A stretch of 64,000 nt of DNA from assembly GCF_036321535.1 (NCBI RefSeq), contig NC_087437.1:19718001-19782000 (forward strand), written 5' to 3'. The notes below the pieces were generated by a model. That model did no database searches and was not told the origin of the DNA. It saw only the letters and a list, made by a program, of their open reading frames with translations. Both the position numbers and the translations under genes were made by a program. The stretch is from Camelus dromedarius (taxonomy: Eukaryota). Shown piece by piece: positions 36,801 through 50,194 of this stretch (position 1 is the stretch's first letter; every line of letters starts with the position of its first letter).

Positions 36801-37289
36801 CCGTCCAGGTGAGCCGGACTTAGCCAGGGATGCGGCACTGCAGATACACTGGGTACTGAGCCCACACGTGGCTGTGGAGTGCAGACCAGGCCCGCCCCGC
36901 ATTTGGAGTGCTTGGCAGGACTTGCCTCCATCAGCTCTGCTTCGTGCCTGTGTATAACATCCGCCGTTGAGGCCCCCTGGGCTCCAGTGTCACCATCAGC
37001 CAGTGCAGCTTCTGATAGTCTCTGAATCCCTCACCGTAGGTGCAGAGGAGGGTCAGAGAGACTCTGCGTCTGCAGAGGCTTCCTGGAGGAAAGAGCTGGA
37101 TGGGGTCTTGAGGGGTGTAGGTTGCACAAGTTGGAAGGTCCTCCTCTATTCTTCTTTTGGTCCTCCTAAAAGCATTTCAGCCCTCTGCCTTTCCCCCAGG
37201 CTGCAGCAGGCAGGGGCTGCATGAAGAAGGAAGTAAGGATGTTACTATGAGCATCTCTGAGGATTTGCGTTCTCTGTAGGTGCTAAGTC

Positions 37290-37475
37290 TAGCGGAGAGG
37301 AAAGAGCATGGGCTATGGATCCTGACAGTGGGCTGCACAGTCAGCCCCACCTCTTGCTGACAGCACCACCCAGCTCCTTCTCAGAGCCTCACTTTTTCCT
37401 TGGTACAGTGAGGGTAATCCCACTTATTCGAGGCTTGTGAGGATTCCATGAGAAAGCCCTTAGCAGAAGGCACCG
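37290..37475 (+). mobile_element. MIR SINE
   Basis: GGAAAGAGCATGGGCTATGGA...CTCAGAGCCTCAC...TTGTGAGGATT. Confidence 0.65.
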
Positions 37476-39719
37476 CCATTGCTAACTCTTGGTAAGTTGT
37501 GGTCAGTAACATCTGTTACACCATGACAGTTCCCACATGCAGAGGATGCAGGCTAGGGGTGCCGGGGCGATGCCGGAGGTGCCCCCCCCACCACACACAC
37601 TGCCTCTGACCAGGACAAAGGGCCTGAGGATTACAGAACCACTGCTTTCTCCTGCCTTGGCCCAGAGTTAGCGCTCATTAGTGTTTATTGAATGAATGAC
37701 TGGATGAATGAAAAAAGCAGAACTGGCCCTCTGGTGTTTTTTGCTAGGAATTTTGTCTGCACATCTATCTTTATTAGAAATCAACTGCCCCTTTATTCTA
37801 CCTTGAAAAAGAAAAGATTCCTGCAGAGTTTTACATAGGAGTGAGATGCTGCATAATTGGGTTCTTGATCAGGCTGGTGGGAAAGGGAACCCATGTTTAT
37901 TCGGTGCTCACTGTGAGCTGGGCACTGAGGGCTTGGCTTCCCTGATGGATGCCCAGGGTGGGGCCTTGAAGGCAGGGTCTCTTGATCCAGAGGCTGCAGC
38001 CCTGAGGTGGGCTCTGACAGGGCATAGTCTGCCCAGAGCCATCCCCACACCTCTGCCAGGTGTCCTTTATTCCCCAGGAGCCACCTCCCTGTGACTGGCT
38101 TCGAGGAAGGCATGTGGCTGAGAAGCAGGCAGGTGTCGGGACCTCCTAAGCGTTGATTTCCAGCCACAGCCACCTTGGTAGCTGTTACCTTCAGCCACAG
38201 GATTCTTCTCTGCACTCCTGCCCATGTCTAGATATGGTCCTGGAGACGGTGTCAGCTGTCCTGCTCCAGGCAAAGTGACATACTGAGCTATTTGGACCCT
38301 GCTGCCCTGCCCCTGGGTCACTGTATGATCTCCAAAGGGCCCTACGACGCGGAGAGGGGATGTCGGTGGAGGAGCAGCAGCGTCCTTCAGGGAGCTGCAC
38401 TGGCCAGATTTACACTCTTACTAAATGTTTTACAGCATGTATTGCACTGGATAAATTGAAATTGAACAAGAAGGTTTTTAACCAATTCATCAGTCCAAGT
38501 AAACCCTGTTAAGAAGTAGAAATGAGCTCTTATGGGGATAAAGCTATAGGAAAACAAAGTGCAATAATATTCTCCTCTTTCCAAGTTATATGTAAAATCA
38601 GTGGCTGGTTCCCTGCTAATGAGCCTAACTTCTTGTGGTATAATTTATTCTAGGAGATCAGGCCCAAGGCAGGTTGCCTGCGGCTGTGCTCAGGCCAGGG
38701 CCAGAGGTCTGGGATATTTGTGTTAGAGAGGCGAGCTGAGGAGGGGGTGCTCAGAGGGTGTGCTGGGCACAGGGGTTCAGCAGCCCAAGGGTGCCAGGGC
38801 TCTAAGGAGAAGGTGAGTGCTGCCTGGCCCTGAGCACAGGGCACAGCTCCTGTTTTATCTCATTTAATCCCCAGGACACAGAGTCACTGCAGAGGAAGAA
38901 GCCGAGATTCTGGGTAAGGAAGGAAGTGGGCTCCTGAAATGCATCTCAGCCCGTTAGAGACAGACTGGGAGTGGTACCCTCCTTGGCCTGGGTCGAGCTG
39001 CGAGAGCTGGAGCTTTCTGGAGCTTTAATGGAGGGAGGGGGAAGGCACAGCCCCCAGAGCAGGAGGTGCAGGAGCAGGAGGTGGGGCTGAGGAAATCTGC
39101 TGGGCAGCACCCCGGCAAAGGAGGGGACCCAAGGGAACCAGGTGCTGGGATGGGGAGAGGGGAGGGCTGTGCTTGACTGTGTAATCCCTCAGGGCAGAAA
39201 CCGCAGCTGTCAAAGGCCCACTGGCTCTGGAGAGTACAGAGTGGGTGCTCATTAAGTGTTAATGAACCAAAGAGTGATACTGCTATTTCCCAGTATTAAT
39301 TGCAAGTATGAAGTAATACCAGGGGGAGAGGTCATTCAACTTAATCAGGACTAGGGGACAGATGGAGACATTACAAAATAAGGAGATCTTGGTTATAAGA
39401 ACGGACCTGTGACATCTAGTCCTTACACGGTGATAGGAGTGAGAAGCTTCAGGGTTCTCAAAGCATGTCATGAAGACCACGGATTATTCATGCATGGGTC
39501 CAGCATCCAGGCCAGACTGACACAGAGTAGGGCTCTCTGAGTGCTTGTCCAGTGAGTGGATGGATGAGTAGACCAGTCCCCATCATCTTTCTGCAGGAGT
39601 GCATCCTCAGTGAATCAAAGGGTCTCCACCACATGTGCAGACCCTCCTCCCTGGTCTCTGGGGAGCCGGCTGAATCACAGCACAAGAGCTACTGTGATGA
39701 GAAGTCCTCATCGAGCCCT

Positions 39720-39865
39720 CACAGCATGTCAGGCACTTGCTGAGAGCTTTTGACACCTCACTCCACATAATTCTCATAACTCAGTTAGGAGGCAGGTACT
39801 CGGATGCAGAGACTAAGGCTTGGGGTAGCATTAAGCTGACTTTTCCATGGAGTGAGTTCAAATCA
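39720..39865 (-). mobile_element. MIR fragment
   Basis: ATGTCAGGCAC...TAATTCTCATAAC...GGAGGCAGGTACT...GATGCAGAGACTAAGGC. Confidence 0.6.
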
Positions 39866-40095
39866 AAACTCTGAGGAATACAACCAACCAAATGGCCCCT
39901 GTGTGTGAGATACTGATATTTCAGATTCCGTCCAAGACTGTACCCTGGGGTCAAGAGCCTCCCTAGGTTGACAGTGCCCTTTGCTTCCTCCCTGGTGCAC
40001 CCTGACTCCTTTCCCTGGGACCGCCCAGAGATTCAGGCTCAGCGATGATGCACCAAGCCATCTAAATTTGCCACAAATCTGAATATTAAGGTGAG

Positions 40096-40345
40096 AATTA
40101 CTAACAGCTGCCACTTCAGGGAACAGCTGCTGTGCTCCAGGCACTGGGCCAGGTGCTGCACACGTGGAATCTCACAGAAGCCTTGAAACAGTGCAAAGGG
40201 GAGGTAATAACTCCCCTCAGTGTATAGATGAAGGAGACTGAGGCTTGGGGCTTAAACAATTTGTCCAAGGCCACTCAGCCAAGAGTGATAGAGCCAGGAT
40301 TCAAAGGGAGTCTGCCTGAGCCTAAAGTCCCTGCCTTTCCCACCC
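40096..40345 (-). mobile_element. MIR SINE, near full length
   Basis: CCAGGCACTGGGC...TATAGATGAAGGAGACTGAGGC...TTGTCCAAGGCCAC...AGAGCCAGGATTCAAA. Confidence 0.85.
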
Positions 40346-42352
40346 ACCCCCACCCCGGTGGACCTACCAGCAGGCCTGTGACGGATTCACCCAGCAGGCA
40401 GATGGCTGGGGCGGAAGAAAGAATGAGGGACCTGGGTCCTGGCCGAGCAGGCAGACTACCTTGAACAAGTCATCTCACCTGGCTAAGCCTCTTCTTCCCC
40501 GTCTGTAGAGTAAGAAGGCTAAACATGCCGAGGGGTGATGACTGGGGGCTACGTGTGTATCGACATGAGTATACATGTACCCGCATGTGCGCTGGCAGGT
40601 TAGAAACCTACAACTGTCCCCAGCAACCATCCTTCCTAGGTTGCAGATCTTTTCTGTCTGCTCCTTTGGAGACCTCAGGTAGTGAGGTGCCCGCCCCCTC
40701 CATCTGCCTCTTCTTCCTGTGCCAGCCACTTGCCTCCTGGGCCCGGCCTGGGAATGGCCAACAGCCGCTTGCAAATAGGAATCAGTGGGAGAGAGAGGAC
40801 AAAACCTCCGAGCCTCCAGGGCCTGGCTGGCGGCACTGACATGTGATTTTTAGGTGAGAATGGGAGTTGGTGTCACTCCTGCTGTTTTCTCCATTTCCGA
40901 TGTCTCCTCGCACAGCATTTCTTTAACCAGAGGGCTGGGCAGTGCTGCAGAGCCCGCGGGCAAGCCCACTGGAGGCTTGACAGGGTTGGGAGAGGGACCA
41001 AAGGAGGAAGGGACCACTGAGAAAAGCAGTTCCCAGTGGGGAGAACCCCATGAATGAGGCCCTGTGGCCCCCGCCACCACAAGACCTCCTGAGACTCACT
41101 GTCTGCCCCTGCCCCTCTCTTCTTCCTCCTAGAGTCCCACGTTGGTCTTGAGCAAGGTGATGGCATTAACCGTCAACAGCATCAGCTGGAGTGCATTTTT
41201 ATGCCTGTGCCTCTCCCTCCTCACCTGGGGGTCTCTGGAGAGCCTGCTGGGTTGGGTACCCTGGCATCAGGATTACTGAGTCTCCACGGGCATCCTTCTC
41301 ATTCTCTGGCTTTGCAGCATTTCAGGGGCCCTCCTTTCCTTGTGCTGGCTTTTTACCAGGTCTGTTTGGCCCGGAGCCTGGGAGCCATGCCCCTGACCAG
41401 GCAGCCTGGGTATGGCAGGAAAGCCGCCGCCCAGCACAGAACAGACCTGCGGTTGCTTCTGAGCACCGGCCAGGGAAGAGGTCAGTCGCATTATTTTTTA
41501 TTCTTCACCTGCTGAGAAAAAGATAACTTTGGAACCGAGGTTATTTTCCCATACTCCCTGCTCAGCACGTTCCTAATGTTTCCCTTGCTGGCCTGTTTCC
41601 GTGACACGTGGAGACAGGAAGGACCCTGATGTTTCTCATTTGGACAGTGGGAGGGGGCTGGTTCTGAGGAATACCCCCCAAAAGTAGCACTAGTTTCTGG
41701 AGAGCGATGGGCCAAGTTCAAACACCAGAGAAAGGGCTGGTGCAAAGTTGAGGGAGGACCAAAAGGGACACTCTGTCTCAGCGGAGCTGGCAAGCAGAGA
41801 AAAGCAAGGGACCCTCTGAGCTCATCGATTCGATTGTTCAAAACACTTGGGTCCAACGAAACCCAACACCTGCTGCCGTCAGGTGCTGTGCCCAGCCTTT
41901 CCCACACTCCTGTGTGTAAAGCTCTTTTCTCAGGGGATACTTAGGGGTTTGTTTTTGAAATGTGGCTCTGAGGATACTATCTCCTTCTCACTAAAAATTC
42001 CCTGCTGTTGAGTGCAGGAGGTACAGAGTCAGAGAGAGCGAACTTACAAACTTCAAGTTACCAGGTTTAGATTCTGCTTGGTAATATATAAAAAGTTCAC
42101 AGGAAACATGAAAGGCAAAAATCAAGATAGTTATTACATCTTGAAAATATGAAATGTTGAACAGAGAAGGAAGGGTGACTGTAGGCATCTGTAGGATTGA
42201 GCTAGGAATGCCATTTATATGATCGTAATCGTGTAAACCGGAATATTGGGCTGTAACCAGAGTATAACACAGCTAACTCTGTTGGGAAGGTGGCGGGTGG
42301 TGTGTGCATGTGTGTGTACACATGTGTATGCACATGTATATACATATTTTTA

Positions 42353-43106
42353 ATCTTATTTTTTATTGAAGTGTAGTTGATTTACAATGTTAGTTTCAGG
42401 TGTACCAGCAAAGTGGCTCAGTTATACATATACAGGTACATACCTACATATATATAATTTCAGTTTCTTTTCCATTACAGCTCATTACAGGAAATTGAAT
42501 ATAGTTCCCTGTGCTACATAGTAGGTCCTTGTTGTTTATCTCTTTTATATACAGCAATATGTTTCTCTTAATCCCAAACTCCTCATCTATCACTCCCTCC
42601 CCTCCCCTTCCCCCTGGTAACCAGTTTGTTTTCTATGTCTGTGAGCCTATTTATGGTTTGTAAATAAAATTTGTATTTTTTTTTTACATTCCACATATAA
42701 GCAGCATCATAGGGTATTTGTCTTTCTGTGTCTTACGTCACTGAGTATGATAATCTCTAGGTCCAGCCAAGAAATGGCATTATTTCATTCTTTTTTATGG
42801 CTGGGTAGTATTCCATTGTTTGTGTGTGTTGTGTGTATGTGTGTGTGTGTGTGTGTATACACACATACCACATCTTCTTTATCCAGTCATCTGTTGATGG
42901 ACATTGAGGTTGTTTCCATGTCTTGGCTGTTGTAAATAGGGCTGCTGTGAACATTGGGGTGCATGTGTCTTTTCCAATTTTATTTTTCTCTGGATATATG
43001 CCAAGGAGTGGGATTGCTGGATCACACAGTAAATCTATTTTTAGTTTTTTTTAAGGAACTTCCATACTGTTCTCCATAGTGGCTGCATGAATTTACATCC
43101 CAACAG
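42353..43106 (-). mobile_element. Younger 5'-truncated L1 (ORF2 C-terminus + 3'UTR)
   Basis: ORF 42757-42954 MFTAALFTTAKTWKQPQCPSTDDWIKKMWY is L1 ORF2-like. Probable TSD TATACATATTTTTA (42339-42352) / TGTATATATTTTTA (43107-43120). Internal (TG)n. Confidence 0.93.
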
Positions 43107-43124
43107 TGTATATATTTTTATATA

Positions 43125-43129
43125 TGCGC

Positions 43130-43163
<34 letters not shown>

Positions 43164-43164
43164 G
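43125..43164. repeat. (TG)n microsatellite
   Basis: TGCGCGTGTGTG...TGTG. Confidence 0.95.
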
Positions 43165-43989
43165 GATGTTTAGGTGTAGGGAGTAGAGAGAGAACAAAGA
43201 GCTAAATCTTCTTCTTCCAAAGTGGAGAGTCAGTAGACAATCCCTAGAGGTGAAAAATGAGGTAGCAGCACAAACGTGTTTATTTAGAGATACGGAGGTA
43301 AATAATGAGAGAAGCAGCTAACACCCTGTTAAAAGCGGTTGCTTCTGGTTAGTGGGAAATGGGGCAGCGGGAAGATTGAAGATAACTGCTGTTTTGTAAC
43401 AAGCCCAATAGAACAAGTTGATTCTTACCTATGCGTGTGTAGGACTTTGATAAAAAGTAGTCACTTTTTTTTTAAAAGAAAATGTCAAAAACGGGTATAT
43501 AATACTCGTGGACCCCTCGCCCACGCCCCAGGATGTGTCCACCCACTTCGGAGGCAGCAGGTGTGAATGCCCTGACTTCTGAGGCCTGTCCAGCAGTGAC
43601 CTCTGATCTAGATAAATGACCCATGGTGATGGCTGGTGCTCCCTGCTTCCTCAGTGAGAACCTAATTGGCAAGGACCACTGCCCCCTGCCCAGCTCCACA
43701 AAGCTCTTGAGATTTGTCACTTCGTCTCTGGGGGCATGCAGAGGGAATATGGGCAATTCTGTTGTCATTTTCCATTTCCATTTCCTTGCCCATGGAACTT
43801 GAAATAACTGGTTCAGTTCTTTCTCATCAGGCAAGTATCTGAAGACCAGGTTCCTACAGAAAGCTCCGCCTGGGTCTCTTGCTTGGTTCTGCGAGGGCTG
43901 ATTTTTAACTTCGGGGAATCAAAACGAGCTCTTCACTCTGTGTTCAACTACATCACCATGGTCATCACCATTGTTGTCATCATCGTGTC

Positions 43990-44790
43990 ATCAAGTGGCA
44001 TTTCTGTTTACCCACTTCTTCAGGTCGTCTTTGACTCCTGTCTCTTTCTCTCACTCCGCATCACATCCATCAGGGAATCTTCAAGAACTACTTTGAGAAA
44101 TACATCCATGATTCATCTGTTTCTCTACCCATCCAGTTACCACCCTAGCCCGGGCCATTGTCATCCCTCACCTGGCCTACTGTAGTAGTCTTCTGACATT
44201 TCTCTCCTCCCACTTTGGATCTTAAAAGGGAAATCTTAAAACTCCTTAAAAGGCCTTCTAGGGGCACCTGGAGCAGAACCTAAAGTCCTAAGGATCATTA
44301 GTGAGATTCTGCATCATCTGCCCAACTGACCAGCTTCATTTCCCATCATTCTGTCCCCAGCTCCTCTGCTGCAGCCACACTGCCCTTCTGAAGGTTCCTT
44401 GACCACATCAAGCTTGTGCCTGCCTCAGGGCTTTGCACTTGCAGTTCCCTGCTAACTCTTCCCCCAGATTATCCACATGCCTTTGTTTCAGATAGGTCTC
44501 TGCTTAAACATAAGCTCATCAGACCAGACTTCCATGACTGTCTTACATAAAATGGCAGCCCTTCTCCTCCATGTCACTGCCTCTCCCTTTTTCCTGCTTT
44601 ATAGTTCTTCATAGAAGTGGACGTTTCTACACTGTTATAAATATATCTGTTTACATATATTCCCCCTTTGACTCAAATCACCATAAGCACATTTGCCATC
44701 TCGATCCCCTGGTACATCCGTAGCCCTGGAACAGTGCTATCACACGGTAGACACTTGGTAGATATCTACGGATTACCCCAGTGAATAAAC
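43990..44790 (+). mobile_element. L2 (L2a-like) 3' region
   Basis: GTCGTCTTTGACTCCTGTCTC, CTCACCTGGCCTACTGTAGTAG, CAGCCACACTG, CCTGCCTCAGGGCTTTGCACTTGC, GAACAGTGC...GTGAATAAA. Confidence 0.85.
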
Positions 44791-45281
44791 TGTGGACCCA
44801 CTACAGGCAGAGCACTTCCAGGAACTGTAGGACATAGAGATGCCAGACTTGTGCCTGCATCAATTTGTCACACCGGGGAGAGTCATGTGACCTCAGGGAT
44901 TGGCCCACACTGACTTCCAACAGCAATTGTGGAGGTAGTATACTGCCTTCTTAGTTTCCTCTTGTAACTCTTGCCTGGATGTCTGGAATTTATTGTGTGT
45001 GGTATTTCGGAGGGTGGGGCAGAGAATGGAGCAGAGAATGCCCTGCCGTTGAGAAACCTTTATGTGTCTGTCTGACTGGGCAGATCAAAGTCATCTCTGA
45101 CTCTGGGCCACCTGTACATACTGGAATTTTATTGATGCCACTCAGTGGCATCCCCTCTTTTCTCTCAAGCTTTTTGGAAAGTGTCATTCTCTCGATTGAC
45201 TTTTAGAGAAGATTTGGCTGCGTCCACAGGAGTGATGCAGCCCCCATGCCCAGACTGCCCTTTTTGTGAAAAATGTGGTGA

Positions 45282-45355
45282 TATTTAACAAATATTTTTG
45301 AGCATCTGCTATATTCCTAGTTCGATTCTGGAAAGTAAAGATAGAGTTAGCCTCT
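45282..45355 (-). mobile_element. L2 3'-end fragment
   Basis: ATTTAACAAATATTTTTGAGCATCTGCTAT. Confidence 0.55.
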
Positions 45356-48329
45356 TTGCAGGGGCAAGAGTGACTCACAGAAAAGAGCGTACGCTTATGT
45401 GTGTATTAGTACCCTTTGAAAGTATAGACACCTCATGTAACTTTCATCATTGCCTGCGCTTCATGGCCACATTAAGGTTCCATTGCTTGGACTTTCTTCT
45501 TCAACAAATGGAGTACCAGACGTTAATTAAATGTCACTCATTGTTCCTACCAACTCAATTTTCTGGCTGTATCTAATTAGAATTAAATGGTAAGAGAGAT
45601 TAGGCAGACTAAATCAAAGGAACAAAAAGAGTCCAAGCTTCCATACTGTGTCCCTGCATTTGCTAAATTAATTTTAGTTAGCTGCAGGAAGATGTGTGGC
45701 TGCTTTGTGAAGCAAGATGGTTGCCTTTTCCGAGAGAACCTTTGCTCTTCCCACTTACCCATGTTGACTTTGGGCCACTTAATGGCCCTGAGAGCCTCTG
45801 TCTCCCTTGGGCTCATGCTGCAAGGTAAGCAGGTAAAACAGGTTTCCAGGCTAGGACTCGCAGGTGGAGAAGGCAATTCCATTTCCAAGGCTGCTGCACC
45901 CTGGCCCCTCCCTCTCTAGCTGGTCAATATCTGTCCTCAGTATTCAAACACGGCTAGTGGGAGAGTTGCCTTGATTTGTGTTTCTCCTTCCCTCTGTTGG
46001 CAGAACAAAGAACAGACCTGAGTGACAAGGAGCTTGCTAATTTAGCCAATCATAATTTAGGAGAAACCAAGTGCAAGGTGGGCCACTTTTCCCAACCAAA
46101 TTCAATGTTCGTTAGCAAATGAAAATAGACTGCTAGTTTCTTGTCTCTTTTTGTGTTTGTTTCCAGTTGAGTTTTTGTATTTGGAGGGTATGATCATTTT
46201 TTTAATTTACTTTTAGATTACGAGTGGCCAAATGAACTTATCACATGCTCCAGTTACCCTGTAGAGAGGTTTTTTGGTATTAGTTTTTAATATGTTTATA
46301 CTTGTGAATGATATCATAATAATATTAAAACATCTTAAAGGTGTTTTTCAGTTACAAAATTTTCTTGGAGTCCTAAGCGAATGTAATATCCTTGGTATTT
46401 AAATGCTTCTGTGGGGGTTTAATTTCTGCTGAATTGTTCATAGTTTGAAATGCTGGGAGGTCTTTTAACAATGCTTGGAGGGGCTTCTTTATTTAGCATC
46501 TGCAACTTAACAAGCTTTCGTAGATGTGAGAAAAAGTCATGCAGCAGGGCAGAGACTTGCCAGCCCTGCCCCACAGCTGGGTGGCAGACCCAGAACCTCC
46601 CCTGTTTGTGAGTACACGTCCATCTGTACTTCCATTGCATTACTACTAAAATCCTCCTGCGATGTATTCACATAATGGCTAAAGTTGAAAACCAGATTTT
46701 GCTGCATCCTGGGAAGAAGAAATGTGTGTACAACCAGGGTACAAGAGAAAAAAATCGTTAAGGACTCAGTAAAAGTTAATAGGACCTAGACATAACCAGC
46801 TATTATGGAGATAAGTCGACTAATGTTGCTTTTAGATGATTCCAGGCATTAGTTTAAAGAAAATTTCAGTGGATCTCACAACAAATGGTACTCAGTAGTC
46901 ACTGACACTTTAGAAACAAAAGCAACGGATAAAAACCTCAGAGATGTGCTCTTTCCTGTGTGAAAAGTCTGCCTCTAATCTGGTATTTCCCCCAATATTA
47001 CTGGAAGGACGTGGGGTTGGTTTTGGCGTGTACTCTCCGCAGGTTTTGGTCAGTGAGACTTGATTGTGAATGTGTTACTCACCTTTCATAAGCAGCCACT
47101 CATGTGGAAAGCTGTTTACAGAAAGTGTGGACTGGAAAAAAGAAGATGGGAGGGGTGGCTTTTATCTGAATTAATATAATCTAACCACATTAAAATCTTA
47201 ATTAGGAAAGAAGTTTTAAGCGGTGGGTCTCATCTGGAGAAATATGGCTGGAAGCACTCCTAAGAGAGAAATGAGCTTTTTTCTTAATTTGCTATCATAA
47301 TTTGGTTCACATGTTCATTCCAAGGCCTTGAAATAATCCCGTGTTTTAACTCTACAGCCATGAAAATCCACGTGCCGTTATATTATGAACTTCAGGAACA
47401 GATGAAATTATTGCATATCACTAAGACTGTTACCCTTTGGGTTTTCAAAAATACAGAATTTTATGTGTAGAGCCCATTTTTATTAAATCTTTAAATACCT
47501 GTGTGATTTAAATTTCTTGGGGAATCAAAATGCCACTTTTCTTTCACTGCATTATAGTATTAAACTCTGTAATAATTTAGTACATAATTTTTAATCTACT
47601 TTGCAGACAACTCCCAGGTTATTTAGCAGACACTTTATATTTTGTTTTGTTTGGTGCAAAGTGCTTCACATTTTAAATGGGCGTTTACCCAATCAATAGC
47701 ATGCTATTACCTTTGCTTATTTATAATAGCATGAAATTAAAACCCAGCAGTGTAATGCTCCTGAAAATGAATGTGTGAAGCAGTATTATTTCTTAATCAT
47801 TTGTAATTTGATTCAGCCTCCCTAAGTGGTCTTTCTTTGTTACATTTCTTTTTTTCTTTCTGGTTGCCATTCAGAACCGAAAGTAAAGCTCACTGGAGCC
47901 CCTCCGTAAATTGATCGACCTCTTCAGTGAGCCAAGCCGTGGTTACTTACAACAATGGCATGGTCAAAAATACTCGTCATCAGAGTTGAGTGGGGAGCCA
48001 GAGGGAACTGGTGGGGAAACGGGTTTGAGGAAGCAGTGGAGATGAGGGGTTGCAGGTACCCACTGCATGGCAACTGGGGAAACTAATATACTCTGATTTT
48101 ACCCAAGAGCCCAGATTCTTACTCCAGGAACCCTTCTCCAGGGCAACCCATGGTTATGGAGGCTATAGGTGGTCAGTGCCCCTCCAAAACAAGGAGTATC
48201 ATGAGAGACGCTGCTCCAACAGAGTAAAGCATCATCTCCCGAAGAGACAGAAGGAGATGCTTGTAGCCAGCCTCTCTGCTCCCGTTCCCCCTTCACCCCA
48301 TCCCAACCTGGTTGCTCTAGTCGTGTACC

Positions 48330-49170
48330 ATTGAGACTGTTCTCTGTCTACGACCCATTCCAGTGGGCCCTTCTCCATTATTCTATCACTGGACCTCACA
48401 GCAGCATTTATGATAGGTGACTACCTCTTCCTCCCTGAAACATTGCCTGCTGGGCCCCCAGACTCTGCATTCCTCTCCACTACACACACACTACTCCATC
48501 CCGATTGCCTTGCCCCTTTCCAACACCTCTGACCATTTCCTGTTGGCTTTTCCTTGGGCTGTGTCCAAGGTGCTCTTCTCAGCCCTCCCTGCACCTCCCC
48601 CTAGGGGACCCTGTCATTCTCATGATGGGATGTCTTAAATACAATCATAACATGAAAGTTTCCAGAAGCTGCACCTCTAACTCCAGCCTTCTGTCTCTAA
48701 TTCTTTGCTTGATCTTTCCACTTGGGTCCCAGTTGAGTATCTCAAAGGTCAGCAAAACTCTTGTTCACCTAGTCTCCATCCCCAATGTCAAAACTTTTCC
48801 TTTTCATATTTGCACCACATGCTTCCTCCAGCCAAAAAACCTTTTATTTGCCCATTACATCCAAACCAGCAACAATGCCATCACCTTTGCCTCCAAAATG
48901 TGTCCCAGGTCTGCCCACTTCTCTCCATCTCCGTTGCCACAACCAAGTACAAGCCACCATTGTCTGCTGCTTTTGCCTACTTCACCTGTTCCCTGGTCTC
49001 CTGCTTCTGATTTCCACACCCTCTCAACAATCCATTATCCACAGGCAATTATCCACTCAACGGATTTTTTTTAAAAAAACAAGGTCATATCACATTGCTG
49101 CTCAAAACTCTCCACTGGCTGCCCACTGCACTCTGCCTAAAAGCTAGACTCATTTGTGATGTAGGAGACC
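48330..49170 (+). mobile_element. L2 LINE fragment (RT-region remnant)
   Basis: GGACCTCACAGCAGCATTT, TCCCTGAAACA, TCTTTCCACTTGG, TTTGCCTCCAAAAT, CTGCTCAAAACTCTCCACTGGCT. Confidence 0.75.
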
Positions 49171-49383
49171 CACAAGGGCAGAGTGGAGTGTACCGAACTT
49201 AGCAGCGAGGAGCTGAGCATTTCTGTCTAAATAAGGACACAGGAAGGAACGCCCCAAATAAAGTGGTCTGGAATAGAAATAGAGCTTTTTGAGCTTTGTT
49301 TCTCAGAAAACCTCTTCAATATTCCTCCCAGCTTTAAATCAGTCAGCTATTTGATAAATAAGCCTTCTGGATTGTTCTCTAGA

Positions 49384-49560
49384 CCAAGGTTCCTAATCGG
49401 GGGTCCAAGGGTGTGTACTTCCTGAAACTCTGACACTGTTTGCAAAATTGTGTGTGTGTCATTGTGTGTTTGTGTTCCCACGTGCATTGTTTTTCCTGGG
49501 GAGAGAATCCATTGCTTTTATCAGCTTCTCAAAAAGGTCTATAGCTGCCACGAAAAATAG
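49384..49560. mobile_element. hAT-Charlie MITE (MER117-like)
   Basis: GGTTCCTAATCGGGGGTCCA...TGCAAAATTGTGTGTG...CTGGGGAGAGAATCCATTGCTTTTATCAGCTTCTCAAA. Exact family uncertain. Confidence 0.65.
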
Positions 49561-49694
49561 CTTATTTAAATATAGTGACTTAGAGATAAAATTGAGGGAG
49601 GAAAGGTAAAGGAATCTTGGTTGCTCTGAGATTCCTACGGGGGTCCGTGCTTAGGGCCTGGTGCCCTGAGTTCCAGGTTGTGTTATCCAGGCTG

Positions 49695-49893
49695 CAGTGT
49701 GGTCCAGTAGGACTTCCTGAAGTTAAGGGAATGTTCTATATTGCGCTATGCAGTATGGCAGCTTCCAGTAACGTGCACGCTTGAAATGTGACTAGTGCAA
49801 CCAAGGAATTGTATTTTTAAACTTGTCTAATTTTAATTAATTTAAATTAAAATAGCCACACATGGCTAGTGGCTACTACATTGAACAGTACAA
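49695..49893. mobile_element. hAT-Charlie MITE MER3
   Basis: GAATGTTCTATAT, CTTGAAATGTGACTAGTG, TTTTAATTAATTTAAATT, AATAGCCACACATGGCTAGTGGCTAC. Confidence 0.88.
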
Positions 49894-50194
49894 CCTTAAG
49901 CCTTGTTGTCCAAGTGTAATAGACATAAATGAATCACCTCTAATTTAGCACTTCCGGGCTTCCAACTCCTCAACATCTCTCGTCTCATGTCGTCCTAACT
50001 CAGGAAGGTAGATTAGATATGTGTTCCTCTATGATATTAATGAGGAAACACAATCATATTTGCATGTTTTGGCTGAGTTTTTAGAAATAGAACTGAACTT
50101 TTATAAAGCAAGTTCTAGAGTATGTTGAAAATTTTAAAGTAAGTTATCTCATGTGCATAAAGGTTTTTGTTGTGAATCGTGACTGTAATTATTG

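Larger units (their letters stand above)
42030..43460 (+). mobile_element. Old L1 (L1MC5-like) 3' region, split by a younger L1
   Basis: Right part GAGCTAAATCTTCTTCTTCCA...TATTTAGAGATACGGAGGTAAATA...GGTTGCTTCTGG...ACTTTGATAAAAA; the left part 42030-42300 is collinear with it. Confidence 0.7.

Noticed and set aside
48505..49074. Longest ORF (189 aa)
   Set aside because: Lies inside a decayed L2, has a non-ATG start and shows no recognisable domain.
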